64,000 nucleotides of DNA from an uncultured Nitrospiraceae bacterium (GTDB taxonomy: Bacteria; Nitrospirota; Nitrospiria; Nitrospirales; Nitrospiraceae). Below, in pieces: positions 40,964-50,743 of this stretch. The notes below the pieces were generated by a model that was not told the origin of the DNA, made no database searches, and worked only from the letters and a program-made list of their open reading frames with translations. Numbering within the stretch: position 1 is the first letter of the stretch; every line of letters begins with the position of its first letter. The translations under genes and the position numbers were made by a program. Location: positions 704,001-768,000 of the forward strand of contig CAVPLT010000004.1 of NCBI GenBank assembly GCA_963706325.1. The letters run 5' to 3'.

Positions 40964-42328
40964 TCACGAGAGGGCTGGGGTGGAATCACGCCGTCCCATG
41001 AGTACGGCGGCACTCGCATCGAGGATCGTAATGGGGTGAATGTCACCGACCGAGGCAGGAGCATCGCTCTTATTCCAGATGACCGTGATGTTGGTATTGG
41101 TGCGCCCCATCCATTGATCGGAGGATCGTTTCGAATCGCTCTCGACCATGACCGGGAGCGTTCGTCCGATCAGGTCCCGATTGACGCGGGCCGTAATCGG
41201 GCGCTGCAAGTCCACCAGACGGCCGACTCGTTCACCCTTCACTTGTTCCGGGACGTCGTCCGGGAACTTGCGCGCCGCGATGGTATTTTTTCGCTCGGAA
41301 TATTTGAAGATATAAGCAGAGTGATAATTGATGTCCTGAACCACGTGATACGTGTCGAGGAAGTCTTCTTCGGTTTCCGAGCAAAACCCGCAGATAATAT
41401 CAGTCGTCAAGGCAATTTCAGGATGTCGGCGCCGAATGTGCGTGGCCAGGTTGAGATAATCCTTCCGGCTGTAGGTGCGATTCATCAGCTCGAGGATGCG
41501 GTCATTGCCGGACTGCAGAGGCAGGTGGATGTGCTTGCAGATGTTCGGATGTCCGGCCACGGCGTCCAGCAATGCGCTGGGAAAGTCTTTCGGGTGTGGG
41601 GAGGTAAAACGAACCCGTTGGACTCCCGGCACCTCCGCCACGGCAAGAATCAAACGGGCAAAATCCCAGTCGCCATGTCGGTAGGAATTGACGTTTTGTC
41701 CCAGCAACGTGATTTGTGTATGACCATTTTGAACGGAGGCCTCCACTTCGCGAAGCACACCTTCGGCATCGCGTGAACGCTCGCGTCCACGCGTGTAGGG
41801 CACCACACAGAAGCTGCAGAAGTTGTCGCACCCGCGCATGATGGCGATCCAGGCATTGATGCCGCTGTCGCGCTCCGGAAGTATATCGTCGTAGGTTTCA
41901 TATTCCGAGAGATCAACGGCCAGTCCGCGCCGCGTCAGTCCCTCTTCACCGGCGTTCAGGGCGTTCAACAACAATCCGGGCAACTGCCGGTATCCATCTG
42001 GACCCACGAGCACATCCACGAGCGGTTGTTTGTCGGTCAACTCTTCCTTGAGGTTTTGCGCCATGCATCCAAGCACACCGACCACAAGCGGGCGTTGCTC
42101 CTTCACGGCTTTCAGTTCGGCGAGGTGTCCATAGACTTTGTTATGGGCATTTTCTCGAATTGCGCAGGTATTCATGAGCATGACGTCGGCGCGTTCCCGA
42201 TCCTCGGTAAACTGAAACCCTGCTTTGCGGAGCAAGGACCGGACGAGCTCCGAGTCGTACTCGTTCATCTGGCAACCGAAGGTTTCTATATGGACCTGAT
42301 GGGGTTTGTCTGGCTGTTTCATGGTCAT
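40964..42328 (-). CDS. miaB: tRNA-2-methylthio-N6-dimethylallyladenosine synthase
   Basis: TFGCQMNEYDS, NTCAIRE, GCDNFCSFC, LLGQNVNSY, FTSPHP, TRAM domain. Confidence 0.95.
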   Translation of the reverse strand: MTMKQPDKPHQVHIETFGCQMNEYDSELVRSLLRKAGFQFTEDRERADVMLMNTCAIRENAHNKVYGHLAELKAVKEQRPLVVGVLGCMAQNLKEELTDKQPLVDVLVGPDGYRQLPGLLLNALNAGEEGLTRRGLAVDLSEYETYDDILPERDSGINAWIAIMRGCDNFCSFCVVPYTRGRERSRDAEGVLREVEASVQNGHTQITLLGQNVNSYRHGDWDFARLILAVAEVPGVQRVRFTSPHPKDFPSALLDAVAGHPNICKHIHLPLQSGNDRILELMNRTYSRKDYLNLATHIRRRHPEIALTTDIICGFCSETEEDFLDTYHVVQDINYHSAYIFKYSERKNTIAARKFPDDVPEQVKGERVGRLVDLQRPITARVNRDLIGRTLPVMVESDSKRSSDQWMGRTNTNITVIWNKSDAPASVGDIHPITILDASAAVLMGRRDSTPALS

Positions 42329-43668
42329 AATATGGGACGGCGCGTAGGTTCCAAGACGGGAGCGGTTGGATGGCCATATGCCAACCCGTCCATGATTCCC
42401 GTGATAGTGACATGATGAATCGACCCGGCGACGACGGCATCGGCGGGAACAGCAACACGGGTAAAGTTGGCCGTGGTGCCGCTGCGAAAGCCGTCCCGTT
42501 CACCCTGTTCGAATAGAACTGAGACGGTGTGGCCGATCTGAGCCTGATAAAAGCCGATTGTCTTGGTTCGGGACAGTCCTGCTAAGATCTTGCTGCGTTG
42601 GCGGATGACTGGAAGCGGAATCTGGTCCTCCAGGCGAGCCGCGGCAGTGCCTGGTCGGGATGAATAGCTGAAAACATGGAGATAAGAGAAGGGCAGCCGT
42701 TCTGCCATCCTGACCGTATTGGCAAAGGCCTGTTCGTCTTCACTTGGAAAGCCGACCATCACGTCAGTCCCCAATCCCAGATCCGGCATTAACTTCAGGG
42801 CTTGTTCGACCAGTTCCTCATATTCCCGGACACTATAGCGACGGTTCATCGCCTGTAGGATTGCGTCGTCGCCGCTCTGCAGCGGAAGGTGCAGGTATCG
42901 GCACAGTTTGGGAGACGCGGCCATTAGCTCAAGTAATGCTGCAGGTACTGTGGTGGGCTCGATCGAAGAAATCCTCAGGCGAGTGACATCGGGGATCGTT
43001 TCGAGTTCCCGCAAGAGATCGACGAGGGTTGCTCCTCTATAGGAGTACTGGCCGATGTTCACGCCCGTGAGCACAAGTTCTCGATACCCGTGGGCGGCGA
43101 GGTCGCGGGCTTCTCGCAGCACGTCCTCGAGCGTGCGGCTGCGCTCGCGCCCACGAGCAAAGGGAATGAGGCAAAAGCTGCACATAAAGTCGCAGCCGTC
43201 CTGAATTTTCAGCAGGGCGCGCGTGGAGTCCGAATAGGCCGTGCCGGGCAGGGTGAAATCTTCGCGATCGATCGTCCGGCTATGGCGAAGTTCTGGCTTC
43301 GGCTGTTTGTGAAGCTTGCTCGGCGTCGGCAAATAGTCCGGCAAATTCATTTTGAACTGCGTGCCTACGATCAGGTCAATCCCAGGCACTGTCTGTAGCT
43401 CGGCCGCCCCGGTTTGTGCATAACACCCTGTAACGGCCACAAAAGCATGAGGCGAATGTCGCAACGTTTTGCGGACTGCATACCGGCAGTCTTTTTCGGC
43501 ATTCTCCGTGACTGTGCAGGTATTCAACACCAAGAGGTCGGTTTCTTCGCCGAACTCCACCAAACGATAGCCTTGGCGTTGAAGGTTATCGGCCAACATC
43601 GAAGTCTCTGATTGGCTGAGGCGGCATCCTAAGGTATGGAGTGACGCGCGTGGTGTGGTGATCGACAT
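42325..43668 (-). CDS. mtaB: tRNA t6A37 methylthiotransferase
   Basis: TLGCRL, NTCTVT, VTGCYAQ, KIQDGCDFMCSFC, LTGVNIG, HVFSYSSRPGT. Confidence 0.92.
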   Translation of the reverse strand: MSITTPRASLHTLGCRLSQSETSMLADNLQRQGYRLVEFGEETDLLVLNTCTVTENAEKDCRYAVRKTLRHSPHAFVAVTGCYAQTGAAELQTVPGIDLIVGTQFKMNLPDYLPTPSKLHKQPKPELRHSRTIDREDFTLPGTAYSDSTRALLKIQDGCDFMCSFCLIPFARGRERSRTLEDVLREARDLAAHGYRELVLTGVNIGQYSYRGATLVDLLRELETIPDVTRLRISSIEPTTVPAALLELMAASPKLCRYLHLPLQSGDDAILQAMNRRYSVREYEELVEQALKLMPDLGLGTDVMVGFPSEDEQAFANTVRMAERLPFSYLHVFSYSSRPGTAAARLEDQIPLPVIRQRSKILAGLSRTKTIGFYQAQIGHTVSVLFEQGERDGFRSGTTANFTRVAVPADAVVAGSIHHVTITGIMDGLAYGHPTAPVLEPTRRPIL

Positions 43669-43808
43669 CGTGCGCGATTATAAGAGCGGGGCCGTGCGCT
43701 CGGCAAGGTGATTAGGAGAGAAAAGAGCTGACACTGTCTTGATCGAGCGTGGAGTGAGTGGTAGCATAAAAAAATTCTCCTCTGATCACCGGAGTCTTTC
43801 GGACCGCC

Positions 43809-44216
43809 ATGACGAACCCCCGGTTGCTTGCCAGTCTGCTCTTCAGCGTCCTACTTGCTCTTCCGAACGCTGCCGGTTGGTCGAAGGAAGTTCTCCCGAT
43901 TGAGCCTGACCTAACCAGTCGGCTCGACGAGCTGTACGACCATGAGGCTCGGTTGTTCATCATGCTCTTTTCACTGAAGGGCGACGGCAATGTGGACTAC
44001 ATCACCGGTCGGTTGGTGCAGGACTATACGCGGAGCAACTACGGCAATCCGGTGTACTACACCGAGCAATTTCCGCTGTTCTATTGGTGGGATCACACCA
44101 TGTTCAATGATCCTGAGCAGGACGGCGTAAACGGAAACGAACTCGTATACCAGGAGAACATCGAGTTCGACATTGCTCGGTACAAGCCTTGTGTCTTCAA
44201 CGGCCAGCCCTGCTAA
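43809..44216 (+). CDS. Exported hypothetical protein
   Basis: Signal peptide; D-x-x-x-D-G-x-N-G-N-E acidic loop; terminal Cys pair. Confidence 0.65.
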   Translation: MTNPRLLASLLFSVLLALPNAAGWSKEVLPIEPDLTSRLDELYDHEARLFIMLFSLKGDGNVDYITGRLVQDYTRSNYGNPVYYTEQFPLFYWWDHTMFNDPEQDGVNGNELVYQENIEFDIARYKPCVFNGQPC

Positions 44217-44323
44217 AATCCACCTTCCTTTGATAACTGTTCCACTAGCTCCAGCTCTGTGGCAGCTTCTCATTCCTGTTGCATGCCTGGTCGGTTGATC
44301 GCGCGCCTCTGCTTTCTTACCAT

Positions 44324-45187
44324 TTACTCGAACACGAGCACCGGGCATTGTGCTTGATGCAGCACCGCGTGGGAGACGCTGCCTAGGAAAAATCGGGTGA
44401 CGCCTTGCCGGCCTCGCGAGCCCATCATGATCAAGTCTGATCCACCCTTCTCCGCCTGCTGGACGATCATCGCCGCGGGTGTACCCAGGACACTTGCACT
44501 GCGAGTTGAATGTCCGAGCGCATGAATTTTGGCCGCGACGTCTTCGACGAATTCATGGGCATGCTGGAGGGCTTGCTCCTCCAGCTTGACGGTGGCGAGG
44601 TTCTCCACCGGCCAGGGAGAACGGGTCGGCGGCAGGACGGTCACTAAGCTGACGTTTGCGGGCTCCCGAAAAGGTTGTTTTTGAAAGAAGCGCAGCGCCG
44701 CTTCGGCGTCGGACTGTCCTTGGAGCGGCAATAGAACTTGCCTCAGGCCCCTAAGCGGGCCGTTAAGGATCAGTTTGGCGCAGGGGGCATAGCTGAGGAC
44801 GCGATGGGAGACGCTGCCGAACAGCCGTTCCTTTAGTGGTCCGAGGCCCCTGGCTCCAATGACGATGAGATCCACATGGAGGTTTTCCGCCGTGGTGGCG
44901 ATTACGTCGGCCGGCGAGCCGATCTCCAGCCGCTTGGTGACCGGCCCGCTGTTGGGGGGAAGCAGCGACTGCACATGGGTCAGCAAGCGGTCGCCGTCAT
45001 CCTTCATGGTACGTTCCATCTGATCATAGAGTTCCACTGCCACTTCAGGATTCATGACGGGATAGGCCGGTCGAGGGGCGTCTACGACGTGGAGAAGCGT
45101 CAGCTCGTCCGCGCGTCGCAGGTATTTCAACGCCCGCACGGCTTCATAAGAATGGTCGGACCCATCCACCGCCACTAATGTGTTCAT
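44324..45187 (-). CDS. Universal stress protein (tandem domains)
   Basis: VAVDGS, GARG...FGSVS, MGSRG...LGSVS. Confidence 0.92.
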   Translation of the reverse strand: MNTLVAVDGSDHSYEAVRALKYLRRADELTLLHVVDAPRPAYPVMNPEVAVELYDQMERTMKDDGDRLLTHVQSLLPPNSGPVTKRLEIGSPADVIATTAENLHVDLIVIGARGLGPLKERLFGSVSHRVLSYAPCAKLILNGPLRGLRQVLLPLQGQSDAEAALRFFQKQPFREPANVSLVTVLPPTRSPWPVENLATVKLEEQALQHAHEFVEDVAAKIHALGHSTRSASVLGTPAAMIVQQAEKGGSDLIMMGSRGRQGVTRFFLGSVSHAVLHQAQCPVLVFE

Positions 45188-45410
45188 CCCAGACTCCTTT
45201 CCTTTTAATCTCTCGCCGCTCTCATACCTTTGGCGACAAAGTGAGGTTTTATTGAGTCAATGAGTCATTGGCGCCCTGATCCACAGAGTACGCGTAGACT
45301 AAGTTTTAACTTTTGCGATTCGTATCTGCAACCGGAGGAGAGGCCTCGGTCTTATAGGCTTTAGAAAAACTCAGTGTTTGCAAAGTATGCATGGGTGTCA
45401 GAATAGCCTG

Positions 45411-45637
45411 CAGGATACTCAAAAAAGGCCGTCCAGCTTTGTTCTCGCATCGCGCAGAGACTCAACGTACCGGCCAGGGCATAGAGCCTGTCTCGACAGG
45501 CGGGTAAGAATGACTACGCTTCGCCTTTAGGACACGGCCGGCTCACCGACTCGCCGGCGTCCACAAACGTGGCGCTCATTATTCATCGCGCCGTGTACCT
45601 CGCTGCGGCCGCGCTGGCGGACTTTTTCAGTATCCTG
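45411..45637. repeat. Palindromic intergenic repeat, long form, copy 3 (core inverted relative to copy 1)
   Basis: CAGGATACTcAAAAAAGG...ACTTTTTcAGTATCCTG. Confidence 0.8.
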
Positions 45638-46276
45638 CTAGAGATAGCGCTGAAACCAGCGGAGCGCCAGTTCGGCAACCTGTTCCAGGGTTCCCGGTTC
45701 TTCGAACAAATGAGTGGCTCCCGGAACGATTCCGAGCTCTTTGGGACATGTGAGCCGCGCGAACGCTTCCTGGTTCATCGCGAGGACCGGCTGGTCGTGC
45801 CCTCCTACCAGTAATAACGTGGGCGCCATGACTTGGTTGAGATAGGGTCCGGCCAGATCGGGTCGTCCGCCGCGCGACACGACCGCCTTCACTCTCCGCG
45901 GCTCGCGTGCCGCCGCTTGCAATGCCGCGGCGGCACCCGTGCTAGCCCCGAAATAACCGACCGGTAATCCGATGGTCCTAGGATGCTGGGTCAACCAGTT
46001 TTCAGCAAGGAGAAGACGGTCGGCGAGGAGGTCGATATCGAACACCTTACGGCGATCGTCCGCTTCATCGGGCGCCAGCAGATCCAGCAGCAAGGTCGCA
46101 AACCCTCCTGCCTCCAGATGACGCGCGACAAATGAGTTCCGTGGGCTGAAGCGCCCGCTGCCGCTGCCGTGAGCAAAGACAATGACGCCCTGAGGTTGTT
46201 CGGGGAGACCCAGAATCCCGTCGAGTGAGACTCCGGTTTCGCAGATTCTGGCTTGAAGAACAGTTGTTGATCCCAT
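45638..46276 (-). CDS. Dienelactone hydrolase-like alpha/beta hydrolase
   Basis: FAHGSGSGRFSPRN, GYFGASTG, SRGGRPDLA, GATHLFEE. Confidence 0.85.
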   Translation of the reverse strand: MGSTTVLQARICETGVSLDGILGLPEQPQGVIVFAHGSGSGRFSPRNSFVARHLEAGGFATLLLDLLAPDEADDRRKVFDIDLLADRLLLAENWLTQHPRTIGLPVGYFGASTGAAAALQAAAREPRRVKAVVSRGGRPDLAGPYLNQVMAPTLLLVGGHDQPVLAMNQEAFARLTCPKELGIVPGATHLFEEPGTLEQVAELALRWFQRYL

Positions 46277-46678
46277 GGTGTGGATTCGGAGATTGTGACG
46301 CCGGATTTCTCGCGCGGTTCATGTCGCTCAGAGGTCTGCGCTTTCACGAAGGCGCCTCCTTCGTGAACAGTCGGTCAGACAGAAGAACATCAAGTACAGT
46401 GCCACCGCAACCCCAAACAGCATTGCTCCGAGCAATAGACCTTGCGTGTGCTGCATAGAATGCTCGCCATTTCCCACGCTCTAGCTTCAGCAGGACGAAC
46501 GTCTGACGCTTCACGCGCGCATTTCCTGTGGCGTTCTGCTACAGAATGTTCAGGACGGCTGTAGCATGACTCCCCCTGCACTCCAATCGAACGCAATAGA
46601 CTCTATGGCCAACGACTGGAATGTCGATGGAATCTGCACTCCAGCCGCCTCAGTTTGTGCAGCATGAGCTGAGCTGCG

Positions 46679-46694
46679 TGGCATCAGCCTTGCT
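46679..46694 (+). promoter_or_regulatory. Candidate sigma54 -24/-12 promoter of the USP-cupredoxin operon
   Basis: TGGCATCAGCCTTGCT (GG-N10-GC), 36 nt before ATG 46731. Confidence 0.6.
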
Positions 46695-46730
46695 GCTCAA
46701 AGGCATGAATCTTTTTCGAATGAGGTTGTC

Positions 46731-47231
46731 ATGGCGGATCGTCTGTTTACCAAAATTCTCGTACCGGTGGATTTCTCCCTCTGCTCTGAGGAGGCTTTCC
46801 GGATTGCTCTCTCGTTCGGAAAATTGTTTCAGGCCGAGGTGCTGCTCCTCCACGTCGTCGATACGAAAAGCTTGGATGCGTTGAATCGGCTTGGACTCGC
46901 CGTTCCGTCCGAAGCGACCAAACAGAAGAAGCGATTGCATCATCATGCCAGACTGAAGGCGCGGCAACTACTTGCCTGGGATGAGGCGAAAGAGGTAAAG
47001 GTTCGGAGACTCATGGCGGCCGGCCGCCCATTTGAGGAAATCGCGCGCGCGGCGAGAGTGGAAGGAGTCGATTTGGTGGTGATGGGCAGTTACGGGGGTG
47101 TGGTTGGCGGGGTCGACAAGATTTTCTTCGGCAGCACGGCGGAAAAGGTAGTGCGGACGGCAGGGTGTCCGGTTCTAACGGTTCCGCTGCCGCTGAAACG
47201 GTCCAAAGGACGAATCAATAAGACGACCTAA
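46731..47231 (+). CDS. Universal stress protein
   Basis: ILVPVDFS, FGSTAEKVVRTAGCPVL. Confidence 0.92.
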   Translation: MADRLFTKILVPVDFSLCSEEAFRIALSFGKLFQAEVLLLHVVDTKSLDALNRLGLAVPSEATKQKKRLHHHARLKARQLLAWDEAKEVKVRRLMAAGRPFEEIARAARVEGVDLVVMGSYGGVVGGVDKIFFGSTAEKVVRTAGCPVLTVPLPLKRSKGRINKTT

Positions 47232-47243
47232 AAGGAGGGCTAC

Positions 47244-47672
47244 ATGGTTGTGAAGCATGGACGAAAGGTGCTGAGCGGGAGACGATTGTGGCTTGCGGCT
47301 TGTTTTGTCCTGGCGCTCTGTTCGCAGGGCGGGGCCCAAGCAGAGCAGCGCATTGAGGTGATGATCAAAGACTTTACGTTTCTCACCAAGCAGATTCCGC
47401 TGCGGCTGGGTGTTGCCACGGTGATCGCCATTACCAACCAGGATCAGGAACGCCATGATTTCGGCTCGACCATGTTCGACGGTGTGCAGACCCGCGTGGA
47501 ATCCGATGGAATCGTCTCCTATGGCAAGGGCATCCGCGGGTTGTTTTTAGATGCCAAGAAATCGGCGGTGATTCGGTTCACGATGGGACGTCCGGGCCGG
47601 CATGAATTCAATTGCTCTATCCATCCCAACATGAAGGGCGAATTACTGCTCTTGAACGTAGAGGCGGTTTGA
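47244..47672 (+). CDS. Periplasmic cupredoxin domain protein
   Basis: Signal peptide; H...CSIHPNM type-1 Cu ligand set; AGGAGG RBS. Confidence 0.8.
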   Translation: MVVKHGRKVLSGRRLWLAACFVLALCSQGGAQAEQRIEVMIKDFTFLTKQIPLRLGVATVIAITNQDQERHDFGSTMFDGVQTRVESDGIVSYGKGIRGLFLDAKKSAVIRFTMGRPGRHEFNCSIHPNMKGELLLLNVEAV

Positions 47673-47675
47673 GGC

Positions 47676-48614
47676 GTGGCGCTGCTCATCACACGAATCC
47701 TGTTCGCGACGGATTTCTCAGCCTGTGCAGATCGCGCGATGGGGTACGCCGTGACGCTGGCAGCCGCTTGGAAGGCAGAATTGTGTGTCATGACTGTCTT
47801 AGAACTCTATCCAGGGATGGATCCCGACTATACCGTCAACAAGATGTTCCTGGATCATGCACGGACGGAGGCGACTCGTCAGTTGGACGCGGTTCAAGCG
47901 CGCCTGAAGGGGGACGGACAAGCAATCGCGACGCGCATTGAGATCGGCATTCCCAGCCAAGCAGTTCAGACCGTAGCCCAAAGCACGGCCGCGGACCTGG
48001 TGGTGGTCGGAACGCATGGACGGACCGGACTCGATCATGTATTGATCGGGAGCACCGCCGAACGGGTCGTCCGCATGGCGCCTTGCCCAGTCTTGGCCGT
48101 GAAGGTCGACAAGGGCGAGAGGGGCGCCACCGCCACTGTGGGCATTAAACGGATCGTGGTTCCCATCGATCTCTCCAGTTGTTCGCTCGATGCGCTGGAA
48201 TATGCCACGCAGTTTGCCAAACACATCGGGGCCTCGATCACCATCCTCCATGCCATGGAGCCGGTGGCTTATGGATTGGATTTTAGTTTGAGCCATGCGA
48301 AGGAATGGAAACGCCAGCGAGAATATCTGGAAGAACGGCTGACCGTACTGACCGCCTGTCTGACGTCCTCCGGTGTCAAAACCGACCACGTGCTCAAGCC
48401 AGGGGTGCCGGCTGATTCAATCACCTCGTACGTCACGCAGCAGCGCTATGACTTGATGATCATGGGCACCCATGGCAGGCGTGGAATCTCACATATTCTC
48501 GTCGGCAGCATCGCAGGCGCCATGCTACGTCACGCCCCCTGTCCCGTCCTCACGGTACGGCAGTTCGATTTCGGTGTGGACTATCAACGTGTGGTGCCCC
48601 TGAGGGGGCCGTAA
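47676..48614 (+). CDS. Universal stress protein (tandem domains)
   Basis: ATDFS, GTHGRTG..IGSTAE, GTHGRRG..VGSIA. Confidence 0.92.
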   Translation: MALLITRILFATDFSACADRAMGYAVTLAAAWKAELCVMTVLELYPGMDPDYTVNKMFLDHARTEATRQLDAVQARLKGDGQAIATRIEIGIPSQAVQTVAQSTAADLVVVGTHGRTGLDHVLIGSTAERVVRMAPCPVLAVKVDKGERGATATVGIKRIVVPIDLSSCSLDALEYATQFAKHIGASITILHAMEPVAYGLDFSLSHAKEWKRQREYLEERLTVLTACLTSSGVKTDHVLKPGVPADSITSYVTQQRYDLMIMGTHGRRGISHILVGSIAGAMLRHAPCPVLTVRQFDFGVDYQRVVPLRGP

Positions 48615-48643
48615 CCAATCGGCCTCACATCAAGGAGTTTCCC

Positions 48644-48868
48644 ATGAAAAGGTCAGGTAAAAAGCATCAGGTCGCGAAGTTGATGCCTCAAGCTGCCGGC
48701 CGGTCCGGGACCAGCACGATCGAGCTGCCGGACGGGATCTGGGAACGGATCTCGCACCGGGCCTATGAGTTGTGGCGGGAGCGGGGATGTCGCGATGGTT
48801 ATGCGCTCCAGGATTGGCTGGACGCGGAAGTGGTGGTCATGGAGGAAATGCATGAAGCTCGCGAATGA
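48644..48868 (+). CDS. DUF2934 domain protein
   Basis: I..RAYELW..RG...G....DWL.AE; AAGGAG RBS. Confidence 0.85.
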   Translation: MKRSGKKHQVAKLMPQAAGRSGTSTIELPDGIWERISHRAYELWRERGCRDGYALQDWLDAEVVVMEEMHEARE

Positions 48869-50219
48869 ACGAGTAGCCGGACGATCCGTGCCGATCGTCA
48901 AGGAACTCGATGTCCTGCTGACGAGACTCGACCGTCTGTCGATGGCCGCAGGCTTCGCTGCTCAGCGGCGGATCGCCTTCGGGCGGGCATTGCAGGTCTA
49001 TGTCGAACTCGGGACTCAAGCGCCATTGTCCCCTCTGCCTGAAGAAGTCGAACTTGCCGATCTTTTGCTGTACGCCGATTTCTATCCGGAGGACGGCCAG
49101 TTGACTCTGATCGAGCAACTCCGCGACGTGATTACCGAGCACATCCCCGAAGAAGAACGGATCTGGCTGGATCCGTTGAAACACTCCTATATCGATCTGG
49201 TCGAACTCTTGCCCCAGGAGCCTGGAGCGCCGCGTCGAGGCCTGCGTTCGATCGGAAATGGTCGGCTCTATGAAGTGACGGCGGGCAGTATAGATTCGGA
49301 CGAGCAGGTGGGTGAGGTGTTGTTCACGCGTCTCGTTCGAGAACCCGGTGATCCTGAAAGCACTCTGGCCGTGATCGCAGGGCCGGTCTTGGTCCTGTCG
49401 GCGGAAGATGCACGGGCACTGTATGAGACCACGGCTCAAGAGCGCCGTCAGATGGAAGTGGCCGGCGGATCATTCGAACTCGGAGACTGGCCGGAATTTG
49501 CCAAACGGTTCGGCCATTTGTTGTTGAAGAACTTTGCGCGCATGCGTCTGGCCGCGCTGCTGGAGGCCGTGAATGAAATCCGGTATCGAACAACAACCGG
49601 AGAACCCTACTTCTACGTGATGGCGCTCTACGACCATCAGGAATTTTCGCATATCATCGGGAGCATGAGCGAGTTGGAAGGCTGGAAAGAGGCTCCGGCA
49701 CAGCCGGAAGAAGTCGTGCGCTCGAAGAAACTCCGCCGCTTTGTCCAGCAGCACAAGGAGGGTGGTTCGATTGGAGTTCCGACGGCGAGAGTGACCGTGA
49801 CCGCGACACAATTGTTCCTCGAATGTGACTCGCGTGAACGGCTCGATGCGATCAAACATAGCCTGGCGGCTACCTTCGGATTCTCATTACACTTCCGGGG
49901 CGAATCAACCCAGCCCCCGACTCGTCAGGTGACTCAGGAGGAACTGTCCACCGATGAGCCGCTCACCTTGCTGGTGGCAAACGAAGAGGACCGAATATTG
50001 GTCGGCACGTTTCTCCAAACCGTCTATCTCGAATGGGCCGACCGTGAGACGCCGACGTTGGGCGGCGAAACTCCTCACCACGTGATGACGACCCCGGCGG
50101 GACGCACGCAAGTTGCGGCGCTCATCGATGAAATGGAACGAACCGATCTGGGCCTCCTTCGGACGGGAGTGGCTGCCTTCGACTACAACCAGCTGCGTGC
50201 GCATGTGGGCCTCTGCTGA
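48852..50219 (+). CDS. Conserved hypothetical protein
   Basis: 455-aa ORF; C-terminal W.D...P.LGG.TP motif. Confidence 0.7.
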   Translation: MKLANERVAGRSVPIVKELDVLLTRLDRLSMAAGFAAQRRIAFGRALQVYVELGTQAPLSPLPEEVELADLLLYADFYPEDGQLTLIEQLRDVITEHIPEEERIWLDPLKHSYIDLVELLPQEPGAPRRGLRSIGNGRLYEVTAGSIDSDEQVGEVLFTRLVREPGDPESTLAVIAGPVLVLSAEDARALYETTAQERRQMEVAGGSFELGDWPEFAKRFGHLLLKNFARMRLAALLEAVNEIRYRTTTGEPYFYVMALYDHQEFSHIIGSMSELEGWKEAPAQPEEVVRSKKLRRFVQQHKEGGSIGVPTARVTVTATQLFLECDSRERLDAIKHSLAATFGFSLHFRGESTQPPTRQVTQEELSTDEPLTLLVANEEDRILVGTFLQTVYLEWADRETPTLGGETPHHVMTTPAGRTQVAALIDEMERTDLGLLRTGVAAFDYNQLRAHVGLC

Positions 50220-50244
50220 CCTTGATAGGTGCGGGATTGTGACG

Positions 50245-50742
50245 ATGCGAGATACAAACGGCGAGATACGAAAGCGAGGAACGAGCGCCCCGATGCATGA
50301 GCAGGTGCAGGGGATTCTCGAGCACGATCGGAAGGAGCCGCCCAACATTCTCAAGGCGCTGCTGATCCTGCAGGAGGAACTCGGCCATGTGCCGTTGGAA
50401 GCGGTTCCTGAAATCGCCCGCACCCTGGACGTGACGACCGCACAGGTCGCCGGGGTCCTGTCGTATTATCCGGATCTGCGGGTGACTGCTCCGGGTCGGC
50501 ATCTGATCCGTGTCTGCATCGGCGAGTCCTGCTTTGCCAACGGGTGCGGTCGTCTGTTGCGAGCGCTGCAAGATACCCTGCGCATTGATGTGGGGGAGAC
50601 CGCGGCAGGCGGACGGTTTACGTTGGACACCATGTCATGCGCGGGGAACTGCGCCCTGTCTCCTACCATGATCGTCGACCGCGACCTGTATGGCCGTTTG
50701 TTGCCGTCACAGCTCGATGCCTTGTTAGGGCGTTATCGGTGA
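50245..50742 (+). CDS. fdsG: NAD-dependent formate dehydrogenase gamma subunit (NuoE-like, 2Fe-2S)
   Basis: CIGESC...CAGNC; start uncertain. Confidence 0.8.
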   Translation: MRDTNGEIRKRGTSAPMHEQVQGILEHDRKEPPNILKALLILQEELGHVPLEAVPEIARTLDVTTAQVAGVLSYYPDLRVTAPGRHLIRVCIGESCFANGCGRLLRALQDTLRIDVGETAAGGRFTLDTMSCAGNCALSPTMIVDRDLYGRLLPSQLDALLGRYR

Positions 50743-50743
50743 C

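Noticed and set aside
40856..41776. 306-aa + strand ORF
   Set aside because: Antisense to miaB
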